Source of the DNA: an uncultured Nitrososphaerota archaeon | GTDB lineage: Archaea; Asgardarchaeota; Njordarchaeia; Njordarchaeales; Njordarchaeaceae | NCBI GenBank assembly: GCA_964518475.1 | Contig: CAZFGR010000001.1 | Location: 64,001-128,000 of the forward strand | Length of the DNA: 64,000 nucleotides | Reading direction: 5' to 3' | In this document: positions 30,031 through 42,604 of the stretch, one piece after another | Layout of the letters: each line of letters begins with the position of its first letter | How positions within the stretch are numbered: position 1 is the first letter of the stretch | Made by a program: the position numbers and the translations under genes | The notes under the pieces: generated by a model | What the model was told of the DNA's origin: nothing | What the model saw: only the letters and a program-made list of their open reading frames with translations | Databases searched by the model: none

Positions 30031-30201
30031 GAAAATATTCTGTTGAAGAATTTTGCAAAGCAAAAAGATTAATGCCTATAAGGCTATTTTACTCACTCTC
30101 ACTTGTATAAAATTCCTAGTTTCGATATGAAAGAAAATGTCTTACTTAAGATGAGAGAGAACGTAACCAAGAGTTTTTAGAAAAGGATAAATTAAAGGTT
30201 T

Positions 30202-31008
30202 TTAGACCATTCCTTCTTCAGAGGTCCCCTCTGGTGCTTCTTCGGCTCCTACTTTGCTCCTCCATTCCGCTGCTTTCTTTTTGGCTTCTTCTAGTAGCGG
30301 GAGAATTTCCGGGTCATTAGCTGTCTTTATTACGAATGTTTCGCCCTTTTTTATATACCCTAGCTCTATTTCGTCAGGCTTTATATCTTCTGGGTTAGCT
30401 AGTAATACCGCCGTTAAACCTAGTATAATGGCTTCTTTGAGTTCTATATCCAATTTTCCGCCGTTCTGTTCTACGAATTCTCTAAGGAATTTCTCAGCTT
30501 TGTCTTTGTTGGCCCCGATAGCACCAGCGATCCACCTCATTAAGGCTCCTCCAGGATCTATGTATACCACTTTAGGTCCAGTAATGTCAACTCCTCCTAT
30601 TACTAATCCACAGCCGAAAGGTCGCGCGCCTCCAAATTGGGTATATTGGTGCATCATTTCAGCCACTTCTTGTCCAAGCAGCTCTATGTCGATAGGCTCT
30701 CCATAAACATATCGATATATCTGCGCACGCTCTCTCGCATAATTTATTAGCGCTCTCCCATCTGCTGAGTATCCAGAGAATACCGCACCTACGTGTTCAT
30801 CTATTTGGTAAATCTTCTTGTTTGGTAGAACTAGTACATCCATTTTCCTGCGTCCTAATAGTACAACTCCGTCACGAGCAACAACTCCTACTGAGATTGT
30901 GCCTCTTTGCATGGCTTTTCTAGCATATTCGACTTGTATTATTCTCCCATCTGGAGAGAAAAGAATTGTTGAGCGATCATAACCAGCAAACTGTTCTGGT
31001 CTCCACAC
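30202..31008 (-). CDS. psmA: Proteasome alpha subunit
   Basis: YDRSTILFSPDGRIIQVEYA, YTQFGGARPFG and DPGG motifs. Confidence 0.96.
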   Translation of the reverse strand: MWRPEQFAGYDRSTILFSPDGRIIQVEYARKAMQRGTISVGVVARDGVVLLGRRKMDVLVLPNKKIYQIDEHVGAVFSGYSADGRALINYARERAQIYRYVYGEPIDIELLGQEVAEMMHQYTQFGGARPFGCGLVIGGVDITGPKVVYIDPGGALMRWIAGAIGANKDKAEKFLREFVEQNGGKLDIELKEAIILGLTAVLLANPEDIKPDEIELGYIKKGETFVIKTANDPEILPLLEEAKKKAAEWRSKVGAEEAPEGTSEEGMV

Positions 31009-31104
31009 TTAAAAAACCTCCCTAGTCCATCATCATAAACTCCTATGGAATTAAGTGAGGATAAAAAACTATATAAAAACTCTACAATACTGAAGAGAAC
31101 ATCT

Positions 31105-32523
31105 TCATCGCGCTAGAGGACCGAGGAATACTCTCTTAAAGAACGGTGTCATTTCTTCTGCATACTTTGTAGCTATCTCCTCATACAAGCTCTTTAATAT
31201 ACTAACTGCTAGAAGTATTCCCGACCCAGATGCGTAGGCTCCTAGAACATCTGCGATACCAGCTACTAAACCTATCAAGACCCCAGATAATGATGCTGCC
31301 GTTCTAATGTAGGGGTCTAGATACCTAGCCATATGAGATTTCGTTCTTCTAACTCCAGGGATGCTCAGATTGGACGCTAATAATTGTTCAGCAATGCGAT
31401 CTGGACCTATTCCCGCTATTTCTACCCAAGTTATTGAGAAGAAATAACAAGAGATTGTCATTAGGATTATATATCCGATTGCTTGATAATAATGTTGCAC
31501 AGACCAAAGTAATCCTTGCGGCGGAACAGTAAAATACGCCAATCCACCAGTAGGGATTGGTCGTCCATTCTCAACTATCCAGCTACCAAGTAATGAAGCG
31601 AAGAAGTTGCCCTCGAATTTGCTCCATATTAACTGGGAAAAGAACATTATGTTAGCGAACAATGCTCCAGCTAAGATAACTGGCACATTAGATGAGTACA
31701 TAAACTTTATCGGATACCTAAACCTAAATCGGTATATACTGCTTTCAACAGGAATCTCAATCGTCATTGCCTCCAAATATATAATGATGATCGCAATACC
31801 GATAGTTGTCAACAATCCCACTAAATCTGGCGCATTATATCTTAGTATGATCTCTCTAAAGCTTCTGTCCTTATCTGTAAGAGTCTGTATTAGTGCAGGT
31901 ATTATACCATAGAAAAGATTGTCATCACTAATACTAACAGAGAACAAAGACCATGCTATTCTACCCGCAACCCCCGCTACTATGAATAATGAAATCCCCG
32001 AACCAAATCCCCAACCTTTCTGAACCATCTCATCAAGAAGAATAATTACAATACCAGCAAATAGTAGCTGGATGAAAACCAGTAATGCTTGACCAGGTTT
32101 CAGTGACCCGTAAGCTCCTCCTATAATGTATGCAGCACTTTCAAAAATAGTCATTATGACAGCCATTGCTTTATTGGCAGCATTAAACAATTGTCGCTCA
32201 GCGGGATCGGTTAGATCAACGTTTATCATCTTACTACCAACGAGAATTTCTAAGATTAAACCACCCGTTACTATGGGGCCTATTCCGAGTTCCGCTAATG
32301 TACCCCTTGTACTGGCTAATATCACCCTTAAAGTCCAGAAAATATCAACCCCCGCTTCTCGCTCTATACCATATAGCGGAACTGTACTCATTATCATGTA
32401 GATAACTACGGCGACAATTGTCCAGATGAGCTTTGTTCGGAATCCAGGATCTCTCTCCGGCTTTTTAACAGAGGGAACGATACGCGCAAGAGGAGCTACT
32501 GTTCTAAGAAAAAGTGAAGGCAT
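31105..32523 (-). CDS. secY: Preprotein translocase SecY (Sec61 alpha)
   Basis: GTLAELGIGPIVT, LLDEMVQKGWGFGSGISLFI, YPIKFMYSSNVPVI and GSGILLAV motifs. Confidence 0.97.
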   Translation of the reverse strand: MPSLFLRTVAPLARIVPSVKKPERDPGFRTKLIWTIVAVVIYMIMSTVPLYGIEREAGVDIFWTLRVILASTRGTLAELGIGPIVTGGLILEILVGSKMINVDLTDPAERQLFNAANKAMAVIMTIFESAAYIIGGAYGSLKPGQALLVFIQLLFAGIVIILLDEMVQKGWGFGSGISLFIVAGVAGRIAWSLFSVSISDDNLFYGIIPALIQTLTDKDRSFREIILRYNAPDLVGLLTTIGIAIIIIYLEAMTIEIPVESSIYRFRFRYPIKFMYSSNVPVILAGALFANIMFFSQLIWSKFEGNFFASLLGSWIVENGRPIPTGGLAYFTVPPQGLLWSVQHYYQAIGYIILMTISCYFFSITWVEIAGIGPDRIAEQLLASNLSIPGVRRTKSHMARYLDPYIRTAASLSGVLIGLVAGIADVLGAYASGSGILLAVSILKSLYEEIATKYAEEMTPFFKRVFLGPLAR

Positions 32524-32562
32524 AAAACCCCCTTCTTGCCAGTATTTCTAATTACTTAAATA

Positions 32563-33027
32563 TTACTGGTTAGGAATTAATACTTCGCCGCCCGCGGCCT
32601 CAATTTTCTCTCTGGCTCTTTCAGTTAAAGCAATCTTGTCATCTAAGATCAATTTTACTGGATCTTTGACGGCGCCTCCCCCGAGGACCTTTGTTACACC
32701 CATACCTCTAAGATCGACTACTATTTTTCCGTTTTCATTCTCGCTACGTATTCTACCACTTTTTGCCAATTCTATAAGCCTACCTATATTTATAGCACGC
32801 TCTATCCTAAAGGGTCCATGAGGAGTAAAACCTCTGGATCCGTATTCGTAACCTTCCTTTAGAAGCCCAGGTTTCTTATGGTCCTTAATACCTGCCTTCC
32901 CTTTTCCTCCTCGTTGTCCCTTGCCTCTATGTCCGCCGCTAACCTGTCCATAACCAGCGTAGCGTTTTCCCCTTAACTTCTTCGTTTTTTTCTCCTTTCT
33001 CTTAAGTCGTATCTTAGCCATTTTCAA
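32563..33027 (-). CDS. rpl15: 50S ribosomal protein L15 (uL15)
   Basis: RGKGQRGGKGKAG, GSRGF, KVLGGG and AREKIEAAGGEV; upstream of secY. Confidence 0.95.
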   Translation of the reverse strand: MKMAKIRLKRKEKKTKKLRGKRYAGYGQVSGGHRGKGQRGGKGKAGIKDHKKPGLLKEGYEYGSRGFTPHGPFRIERAINIGRLIELAKSGRIRSENENGKIVVDLRGMGVTKVLGGGAVKDPVKLILDDKIALTERAREKIEAAGGEVLIPNQ

Positions 33028-33146
33028 GCACCACCAGCTAGAGCGTTAATAACCATTCAACATACCTTTTATCACTAGTGTTTTCCATTCTTAAATTATT
33101 CAGCCGTATTTTGCGAAGTGAACTATATTTAGGAAGATGATTCAAT

Positions 33147-33584
33147 ATGAAAGAGCAACGCTCTCCTTACTTAGCTGTTGACGCTGTAGTCCTGAGCTCT
33201 GACTGCAAAAAAATTCTTTTAATAAAACGCCGTAATGAACCCTACAAGGATCATTATGCTCTCCCAGGTGGTTTCGTAGAGTGGGGAGAAACAACAGAAG
33301 ACGCTTGTAAAAGGGAGGTTCTGGAAGAAACTTCCTTAAGTGTGGAAATTATTGATCTCGTGGGCGTTTTTTCGCGACCAGATAGGGATCCTCGCGGACA
33401 CGTTGTGTCTATAGCATATCTTTGTAAAGCAAAGAGTTATAATGCTGAAGCATATAGTGATGCAAAAGAGACTCTCTGGGTACCAATACATGAAATTCTT
33501 GAAGGAAAAATAAGATTAGCATTTGATCACTTCGACATAATAAAAGAAGCTCTTAAAAAACTCAGAGAAAAGGAGGTGTGTTAG
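33147..33584 (+). CDS. NUDIX hydrolase (ADP-ribose pyrophosphatase-like)
   Basis: Nudix box GGFVEWGETTEDACKREVLEET; RDPRGH; LAFDH. Confidence 0.93.
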   Translation: MKEQRSPYLAVDAVVLSSDCKKILLIKRRNEPYKDHYALPGGFVEWGETTEDACKREVLEETSLSVEIIDLVGVFSRPDRDPRGHVVSIAYLCKAKSYNAEAYSDAKETLWVPIHEILEGKIRLAFDHFDIIKEALKKLREKEVC

Positions 33585-33796
33585 AATTGACTAATGCAGA
33601 AGAGATATACCCAATAGTAAAGAGTCCACTTCTAAGAAAGAAGCGAAAAGGAAAAGGTTTTTCGCTCAAGGAATTAGCTACTGTTGGTTTAACTATCGAA
33701 GAAGCTCGAAAACTGAGTATTCCAGTAGATAAAAGGAGAAAATCTACTCACGAAGAAAACATAAGGATATTGAAGGAAATATTGAAAAAAGTGTAA
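33578..33796 (+). CDS. rpl13e: 50S ribosomal protein L13e
   Basis: RKGKGFSLKEL...IPVDKRRKS.HEENI. Confidence 0.9.
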   Translation: MLELTNAEEIYPIVKSPLLRKKRKGKGFSLKELATVGLTIEEARKLSIPVDKRRKSTHEENIRILKEILKKV

Positions 33797-33842
33797 AAAT
33801 TGGGGAGTTATAATTTTTATCTAAAATTATCTATATTGTGTG

Positions 33843-33864
33843 GAAAAAATTTCCAAATTTTTTC
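33843..33864. promoter_or_regulatory. Perfect inverted repeat, putative operator
   Basis: GAAAAAATTT-CC-AAATTTTTTC between an AT-rich promoter-like tract and ATG 33878. Confidence 0.45.
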
Positions 33865-33877
33865 GCGGTGTAAAAAT

Positions 33878-34177
33878 ATGCCGGGAAAAGAAGAAATAAA
33901 GAAACATTTTAGGGAGGGATTACTTAAACCTGGAATAATTATAGCAACTCCCGATTATTTATACGGGTTATATGAGATAGGTCCTAATAAATGGCGCCAA
34001 GTCAGCTATACTTTTTCTGATAAGGACTTATCAGTTGAGGATATCGATACACGAAAAGCTCTTCTATATCTTATCGAGGAAGTAAGTAAGAGTCTCGTAA
34101 CACTCAATAAAGGAGAGTGGAAAGTAATACTTTCCGAAGCAGAACTTGATGAGATAATCGATAAATACGTTACATAA
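33878..34177 (+). CDS. Hypothetical protein
   Basis: Probable start ATG 33878 with GGTG SD-like motif; 99 aa. Confidence 0.7.
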   Translation: MPGKEEIKKHFREGLLKPGIIIATPDYLYGLYEIGPNKWRQVSYTFSDKDLSVEDIDTRKALLYLIEEVSKSLVTLNKGEWKVILSEAELDEIIDKYVT

Positions 34178-34189
34178 TATTGGCACTCT

Positions 34190-34729
34190 TTAGAGTCCTA
34201 ATTCTTCATAAACTCTTTTGACTTCTTTTATTACTTCCTTAAAGTCCGGTAATTCTTCTTGTCTCTTAAGCTCTGCACCACATACGGGGCATGTAAAGTT
34301 CGTTTTTTCGGCTTCCTCTCCTAAAACTTTGTGCCCACATTCTTGGCAAACATAGATTTCCTCTCGTTCTAACAGCTCGGCTAATCGGGATAGGTTATAA
34401 ATTGCTTGTTTCAGCCTATTTTTGAATGCTCTATAGATTATTAGGGGGTCAGTACTCCAATAATTTAGAGTCCAACCAGTTTCAGGATCTCTTTCTTTTA
34501 TTGAGAAAATCAAGCCCTCACTCTTGAACGTAGCAATAATATTTCTAACATCAGTTAATGGTAACCCTGTTATTTTTGCAATTTCCTCTTCTGTCAGATT
34601 TCCATTGCTTAGCAAAGCAGCAGCTATTTGAAGACCACTTTCTCCTCCTAACTTTTGCGCAAGAAAAAGAAACATTATTCTTATCTTGTTCAATTCGATT
34701 TCACTAAAGCTAGAAGCCAAGTTATACAC
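34190..34729 (-). CDS. tfe: Transcription factor E, alpha subunit
   Basis: wHTH (TEEEIAKITG...VR...RDPETGW..NYW) followed by a Zn ribbon (CQECG...FTCPVCG). Confidence 0.9.
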   Translation of the reverse strand: MYNLASSFSEIELNKIRIMFLFLAQKLGGESGLQIAAALLSNGNLTEEEIAKITGLPLTDVRNIIATFKSEGLIFSIKERDPETGWTLNYWSTDPLIIYRAFKNRLKQAIYNLSRLAELLEREEIYVCQECGHKVLGEEAEKTNFTCPVCGAELKRQEELPDFKEVIKEVKRVYEELGL

Positions 34730-34800
34730 CGTGATCCATAAGGTGGTTGATAAGAAAAATTACTGTACTGAATAAACACACTTTTGTTAAGGTTAACTTT

Positions 34801-36063
34801 TTAAGGCTTCTGTAAAAGAGATGCAAAGAACCCTATATCGTCATGAATATCTGGATAAGTCCTTAATGCCTTATCTCCGCCAGGAATCTCTTTTAATCCC
34901 CGTCCACCCCATCTAAAGTCCCCTTTAATTGGTTCTAAATTCCATGTTTCTATTAGATATTTCGTAATAAATTCACCTTCTGCAGGGTCGAGACTCGGCA
35001 CCATATAAAGGATTCTTCCCCCTTTTCTAACTGCTGGGACTATTTTGTCTAAGAGTAACTTAGCAAGTCTTGAGAGCCTTATAATATCCTCTTCTTTTAG
35101 AAAAGCTGTTATCCGAGGTCTTAAGCCTATTTTAGAATTACGAGGCGATACAATTACCGTGTCAAACGCTTCATTTTCTAGCTTTAAGTATTTATACTCC
35201 ACAACATGCCATTTGATTCTTTTTTCAAATGATTCTAATCTCATCTTTTTTAGCGCTTCCCTTATTCTCAAATCTTCAAGTTCGGTTTTACTAACTACTG
35301 TAATGTCTGCTCTTCCGTGAGTTAACTGAATAATATAGGCTAGATCTTCAGCGGAAGGAGATACACAAAGGATTTTCTCGTCCTCGCTTGGGTTAAGCCA
35401 CTTTAATGCTTGTGTAGAAGCCATGCTGGCTATGTAAGCGTCCCCAATCATAAAGGGTCGCAGAGTTTTTAAGTTAGGAATTCTGTAGATACTTTCTTTT
35501 ACTTCAACTACTATTCCTTTTAGATTCTTTTCCGTATGAGATACTTTCGAGATACCGTAAGCGATTACCTCACCAAATCTGGTCACTACGTTTACCTCAT
35601 CTCCAATCTCAACACCCTCACCTACTCGCAAGACGCCTGGTGCGTATAGATTTGCCCCAAGTAGTATCCCTTCAGCACTTTTATCTTTCACAACCACCTC
35701 TTTTTCGACTTTTTTTACTTCAAAGGGTCCTTCTACGCGTATGAACAGCACATCACGAAATACTCTTGATGGATAGATGTTCACTCCAGCTGATCTTAAT
35801 TCCTCGACGATTCTATCCGGATCAGCTCTTAACGTATTAACACGAATAGCCAAGTTTTTGGGGGGTGTACGTAGCGCCTTGATAATTCTTATTGCTCTGA
35901 AGATTCCATAATATACTGAGAGACGAAGAATTACATCTTCAGAATAATGGAATTGTCTCCTTAGGTTTACTAGTTCCTTACTTATGGGACCTCCTACTAG
36001 ATTTTTAGCATTCATCACAACTCCCTCAGAGCTCTTTATTGCACGTATGTAGCTACGCTTCAA
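34801..36063 (-). CDS. NSUN6/RsmB-like PUA-domain m5C methyltransferase homolog, catalytic motifs degenerate
   Basis: IRVNTLR, PUA domain (GANLYAPGV) and PDIHDDIGFF present; motif IV and VI cysteines absent. Confidence 0.85.
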   Translation of the reverse strand: MKRSYIRAIKSSEGVVMNAKNLVGGPISKELVNLRRQFHYSEDVILRLSVYYGIFRAIRIIKALRTPPKNLAIRVNTLRADPDRIVEELRSAGVNIYPSRVFRDVLFIRVEGPFEVKKVEKEVVVKDKSAEGILLGANLYAPGVLRVGEGVEIGDEVNVVTRFGEVIAYGISKVSHTEKNLKGIVVEVKESIYRIPNLKTLRPFMIGDAYIASMASTQALKWLNPSEDEKILCVSPSAEDLAYIIQLTHGRADITVVSKTELEDLRIREALKKMRLESFEKRIKWHVVEYKYLKLENEAFDTVIVSPRNSKIGLRPRITAFLKEEDIIRLSRLAKLLLDKIVPAVRKGGRILYMVPSLDPAEGEFITKYLIETWNLEPIKGDFRWGGRGLKEIPGGDKALRTYPDIHDDIGFFASLLQKP

Positions 36064-36203
36064 TGATATTATCAGTCATAATTCATCCGATCTTTCTCGG
36101 GGTTATTATCTCGTGAATAAATACTCTAGACCCATAAATAAATATTTGAGACTAAAAATGGCAAAAGGATTTGAAATAACCACTATACTTTGGGTGTGAT
36201 TAA

Positions 36204-37415
36204 ATGAATAAAAAGATGATTAAGGCTTCTGAGCGTGCACTTAGGATATCGTATGCAATTAGAGAACTCGTGAGTCTTGCTGAAAAAGTTAAACGAGAGA
36301 GTGGGGAGGAAATATTATACCTAAATATAGGAGACCCATTAAAATATGATTTCGATATACCAGAGCACTTAAAGGATGCTATTTGTGAAGCTATTAAAGA
36401 GGGTTATAACTTCTATGCTCATAGCCTAGGTCTTCCCGAACTAAGAAACGCTATTGTTGAAAGAGAGAAGAGAGATAATGGAGTTAGTATCTCTCCCGAT
36501 GACGTTCTGGTAACAAATGGTACTGCAGAAGCGATAATGGCTGTTTTTGCTGCTCTACGTCCTGGCGACGAGGTATTAGTTCCTAGCCCAACATATCCCC
36601 CATACATTTCTGCAGCTGAGTTTTTCGAGATCAGACCCGTTGAATATAGAACAATAGAGGAGGAGGGATGGGTACCAGATATCGACGACATCCGACGAAA
36701 AATCTCTGATAAGACTAGAGCAATTGTTATAATTAATCCTAATAATCCCACTGGTGCTTTGTATTCTTCAAAACAAGTAAGAGAAATAATCGATATCGCT
36801 GGAGAATATTCTCTCTTCGTAATTTCTGATGAAATCTATGATCGCATCGTATTTGAGGGAGAAAAAGCCCCTAATGCTGCAAAATTAGCTAACGATGTCC
36901 CAACCCTTGTTTTCTATGGACTGAGTAAAGTATACCTAGCTACGGGTTGGCGAGTAGGATATGTCTATAAATGGGATCCAGAGGGAGCGCTTTCGGAAAT
37001 TTGGCAAGCTATGATGAAATACTTGCTTGTTAGAATTTCTGGATTTACCCCCGCACAACGAGCCGCAATCGCCGCTTTGCTAGGTCCGCAGGATCATATT
37101 AAGGTTCTAGTTAATAAACTAAGAGAGAAAAGAGACTACTCGCATAAGCGATTAAATGAAATAGATGGAATTTCTGCTCAGTTGCCAAGGGGAGCCTTCT
37201 ACATATTCCCTAAGATAGATATACCAGCCTACAAGAACAGGGACAAAGATTTTGTAATTGATTTGCTCAAAGAGGAAAAAGTTCTAGTGGTGCATGGTTC
37301 TGGTTTTGGTAGTTACGGAGTCAATCACTTTAGAATGGTATTCCTACCCCCCATTAACATGTTAGAAGAGGCTATCAATAGGATTGAAAGATTTGTAAAA
37401 AAGAAAATCGCATAG
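36204..37415 (+). CDS. PLP-dependent aminotransferase class I/II (alanine aminotransferase-like)
   Basis: YAIRE, LNIGDP, INPNNPTG, SDEIYD, GLSKVYLATGWRVG and HGSGFG motifs. Confidence 0.93.
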   Translation: MNKKMIKASERALRISYAIRELVSLAEKVKRESGEEILYLNIGDPLKYDFDIPEHLKDAICEAIKEGYNFYAHSLGLPELRNAIVEREKRDNGVSISPDDVLVTNGTAEAIMAVFAALRPGDEVLVPSPTYPPYISAAEFFEIRPVEYRTIEEEGWVPDIDDIRRKISDKTRAIVIINPNNPTGALYSSKQVREIIDIAGEYSLFVISDEIYDRIVFEGEKAPNAAKLANDVPTLVFYGLSKVYLATGWRVGYVYKWDPEGALSEIWQAMMKYLLVRISGFTPAQRAAIAALLGPQDHIKVLVNKLREKRDYSHKRLNEIDGISAQLPRGAFYIFPKIDIPAYKNRDKDFVIDLLKEEKVLVVHGSGFGSYGVNHFRMVFLPPINMLEEAINRIERFVKKKIA

Positions 37416-37428
37416 AAATAAAAAATGC

Positions 37429-40224
37429 TTATTTCTTTTCTCTTTTCCTCAATAAGTATCGTTTAGGTATTTTTCCTCCGAAATATATCCATACAAATAC
37501 GTATAGAATCGATAAACCAACTATAAGAGAACCCATAAGAATAGATCCGTAAGCTTCAAAGAACCTTGCAAGCACGCCTTTTCTTTCCTTAACACTAAGG
37601 CTTAGACTACCTAATAGGAATTTATCGCTAGCCCTGTATATTGTTATGTTATATTCACCCTGTTCCTTTGGAATGAAGGAGAATCGATATACCCCCACCC
37701 CTACCTCGTATAGTCCGATTTTTTCAGTGATTTCTCCCTTAGATACGTTAGCAACAATAACCAGATCACTTAAGGGCTTCTTAGTAATGTTGCAAACAAC
37801 TATAAGATCAATTGTTACTTCTTCTTCAACGTAGGCTACTGGAGGCTTTATGATATTCTCTAATTCTGGGTAGCCAATTACATTAACTCTAAGTCTATTC
37901 TTGCCATCGATTAATCTTATAATTGTCCTAGAATTGTTATGGGGTAGGAATATCTCAAACTCCAAGGAGACATTTCCTGCTGGGATATTAGGATTCACTG
38001 TGAAATTAGCTAAATATATTTTTTGGGACTCATTGTAGACTAATTTGACGATATCCCAAGTCATATTAGAGAACTCGCCAGTTCCTAGAACTTTTAAGTT
38101 AATTGATGCGTTTTCTATCCTTGCTCCGCTATTATTTGCTAATAATTCTGCATATAAGATTATTTGTTCGCCCAGTACAAACTCTAGTCCTTTAGCTTGA
38201 TCTGCAAGCCTTATCGCTAAGTCATTCAGTGTTATATTAAGTTGGAAGAGTTGATACTGTTGGGCAAAGTTTTCTTGCCATACTATTCTCAGCTCTGCAA
38301 TGAAGGTTTCACTAGGAGGTAATCTTGCTGGCAATGAATCATTAATTACTAGGAGGCCTCTATCTACCCATGAGCCTTTAATTTTTATCCATGTTCCCTC
38401 TTCATACTCTAATTCCAGCGATACATTAGATCTGGAGGGGATCTCCATTCCTGAAGAATTATACCGTAAAGAGATGTTAAATTGTAGCGGGCTCCCTAGG
38501 CTGTACTCTTCCTTAAGACCCTCATAGCTAATTAATATTGAATCGTTTATCAGAATGTTTCTTCGGGCAAATGTGTGATTGGAGCCGTGAGAATCATTTA
38601 CCCTGAACTCAATTCTATAATACCCAAGAGGCGCTGTGGGCGAAACGTTCCATTTGATCTCAACGGTCTTGTTTATTAAATCAGTATATGTAAGGACTTC
38701 CTCTTCTGAGTAATGAATTGATATGCTTACTCTTCCTTCTTGAGGAAAACTTCCATTAGCATATGTGACGTTGGTGCGAATTAGTACACTTTCTCCCGGA
38801 TGAGCAGTCTTGCTTACCAGTATTTCTAGTTGATAACCTACTCTAAACGATGCATGATACATAAAAGCTCTTTTAGCGAATAGCGGAAATGCTTGAGATA
38901 GTTCTATGGACAGCGTAAAGTTTCCGAAACCAAGAATATTCGGAACAAATGTAACAAAATACTCAGAGACATTATCAAATATTAGATATCCTTTTTCTCC
39001 TACTGGTTGAAGACTATATCTTAATTCAAAATTGTCGAGATCATTATTAATGAATAGAGCCTTGACTCGGACTTCGATCAATTCTGGATAATCGATGGCG
39101 ATTTGCTCCCCCGGAGACACTTCATGTTCAAATTTTAGATAGTTCTCATAAATACCTGTTACTAAATAAGTTAAGATAGCCCCAAAAGCTTGGAAAATAT
39201 TTTCCCCATTGGAATCTAGAGGCGATTTCTTAATGCCTCCTACAGCACTTTGGCTCTCATTGACGAAAATTATTATCTTTTCATAAAGTGACGAGTTTTC
39301 ATAACCCAGCGCGTATAGTAGGTCAGTAGCTAATCCAGTTTCAAAGACTGACGGTTCTTTTTCACCGAAACCAACCCAAAAGTTATTGCTTCCCCAGTGA
39401 GCCCATTTCTTGAGAATTGTAGTAATTATCTTTTCTTTCTCCTTCTCTACAAACTGTTCATCAATAACACTTAATACCCTTATCGCAAAGAAAGTCTCTA
39501 CCAAGTTACTTACAGCGGTGGAGTTGTCCTCGAAGACCCCATCCGAATAATACTTCTCCATAATCTCTGCAAGTCGGGTAAAGTTTGCTTTTTGCGACTT
39601 CAGTAGTTGCAATGCGAGAACTCCTAGAACTGTCGTGTATAGATCGGGAGAAGAATTATTCTCAGCAATGCCAGTGTCGGTTACGTGACTCAATAAGTAC
39701 TGCTCAGTCCTTGTTTTATTGAAACTATCAAAGTCTACCATTGTCAAATTCATTACCATTAATGCGTACGCCGTGGCTTTAATGCTCACATTCCCTCCTA
39801 TCCAATCTCTAAAGCCACCTATATCTTCTGCGTAAAGGAGCTTAAGAAAATTCGATAAATCCTCACCAGTGACATCTTCAATCTTGCCTACAAGATACAG
39901 CGCCATTATTCCATAGAACGTAGCGTTAATGTATGCATCATCATATTTTCTTAGAGGAAAGGCTCCATAGTCTGTCCTTAGAGATTCGATGTAATCAATT
40001 AATTTTTCTATATCAAGATCACTTGATTCATTAGTTTGCATCATCGTGTAGAATGGAGAAGAATGATAGTTTCTTAGCACATTTTTGTTGTGAATTCTCA
40101 CTTCTACATTTTTCTCGAAGCTCTTCTTAATGATATTCGATTGCATAGCCACTGTTGCCATAGGCACTATTAATAATAGCCATAACACAGTGACAGCCCA
40201 AGCTTTTCTCATGATCAACACCAT
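37429..40224 (-). CDS. Large membrane-anchored surface glycoprotein (prenyltransferase-like alpha/alpha repeats plus beta-sandwich domains)
   Basis: Signal peptide; GGF/GxF...T..A helical repeats; beta-rich C-terminal half; many N-x-S/T sequons; one C-terminal TM with a basic tail. Confidence 0.75.
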   Translation of the reverse strand: MVLIMRKAWAVTVLWLLLIVPMATVAMQSNIIKKSFEKNVEVRIHNKNVLRNYHSSPFYTMMQTNESSDLDIEKLIDYIESLRTDYGAFPLRKYDDAYINATFYGIMALYLVGKIEDVTGEDLSNFLKLLYAEDIGGFRDWIGGNVSIKATAYALMVMNLTMVDFDSFNKTRTEQYLLSHVTDTGIAENNSSPDLYTTVLGVLALQLLKSQKANFTRLAEIMEKYYSDGVFEDNSTAVSNLVETFFAIRVLSVIDEQFVEKEKEKIITTILKKWAHWGSNNFWVGFGEKEPSVFETGLATDLLYALGYENSSLYEKIIIFVNESQSAVGGIKKSPLDSNGENIFQAFGAILTYLVTGIYENYLKFEHEVSPGEQIAIDYPELIEVRVKALFINNDLDNFELRYSLQPVGEKGYLIFDNVSEYFVTFVPNILGFGNFTLSIELSQAFPLFAKRAFMYHASFRVGYQLEILVSKTAHPGESVLIRTNVTYANGSFPQEGRVSISIHYSEEEVLTYTDLINKTVEIKWNVSPTAPLGYYRIEFRVNDSHGSNHTFARRNILINDSILISYEGLKEEYSLGSPLQFNISLRYNSSGMEIPSRSNVSLELEYEEGTWIKIKGSWVDRGLLVINDSLPARLPPSETFIAELRIVWQENFAQQYQLFQLNITLNDLAIRLADQAKGLEFVLGEQIILYAELLANNSGARIENASINLKVLGTGEFSNMTWDIVKLVYNESQKIYLANFTVNPNIPAGNVSLEFEIFLPHNNSRTIIRLIDGKNRLRVNVIGYPELENIIKPPVAYVEEEVTIDLIVVCNITKKPLSDLVIVANVSKGEITEKIGLYEVGVGVYRFSFIPKEQGEYNITIYRASDKFLLGSLSLSVKERKGVLARFFEAYGSILMGSLIVGLSILYVFVWIYFGGKIPKRYLLRKREKK

Positions 40225-40235
40225 TTTCTTCTTGA

Positions 40236-42602
<2,367 letters not shown>

Positions 42603-42604
42603 AG

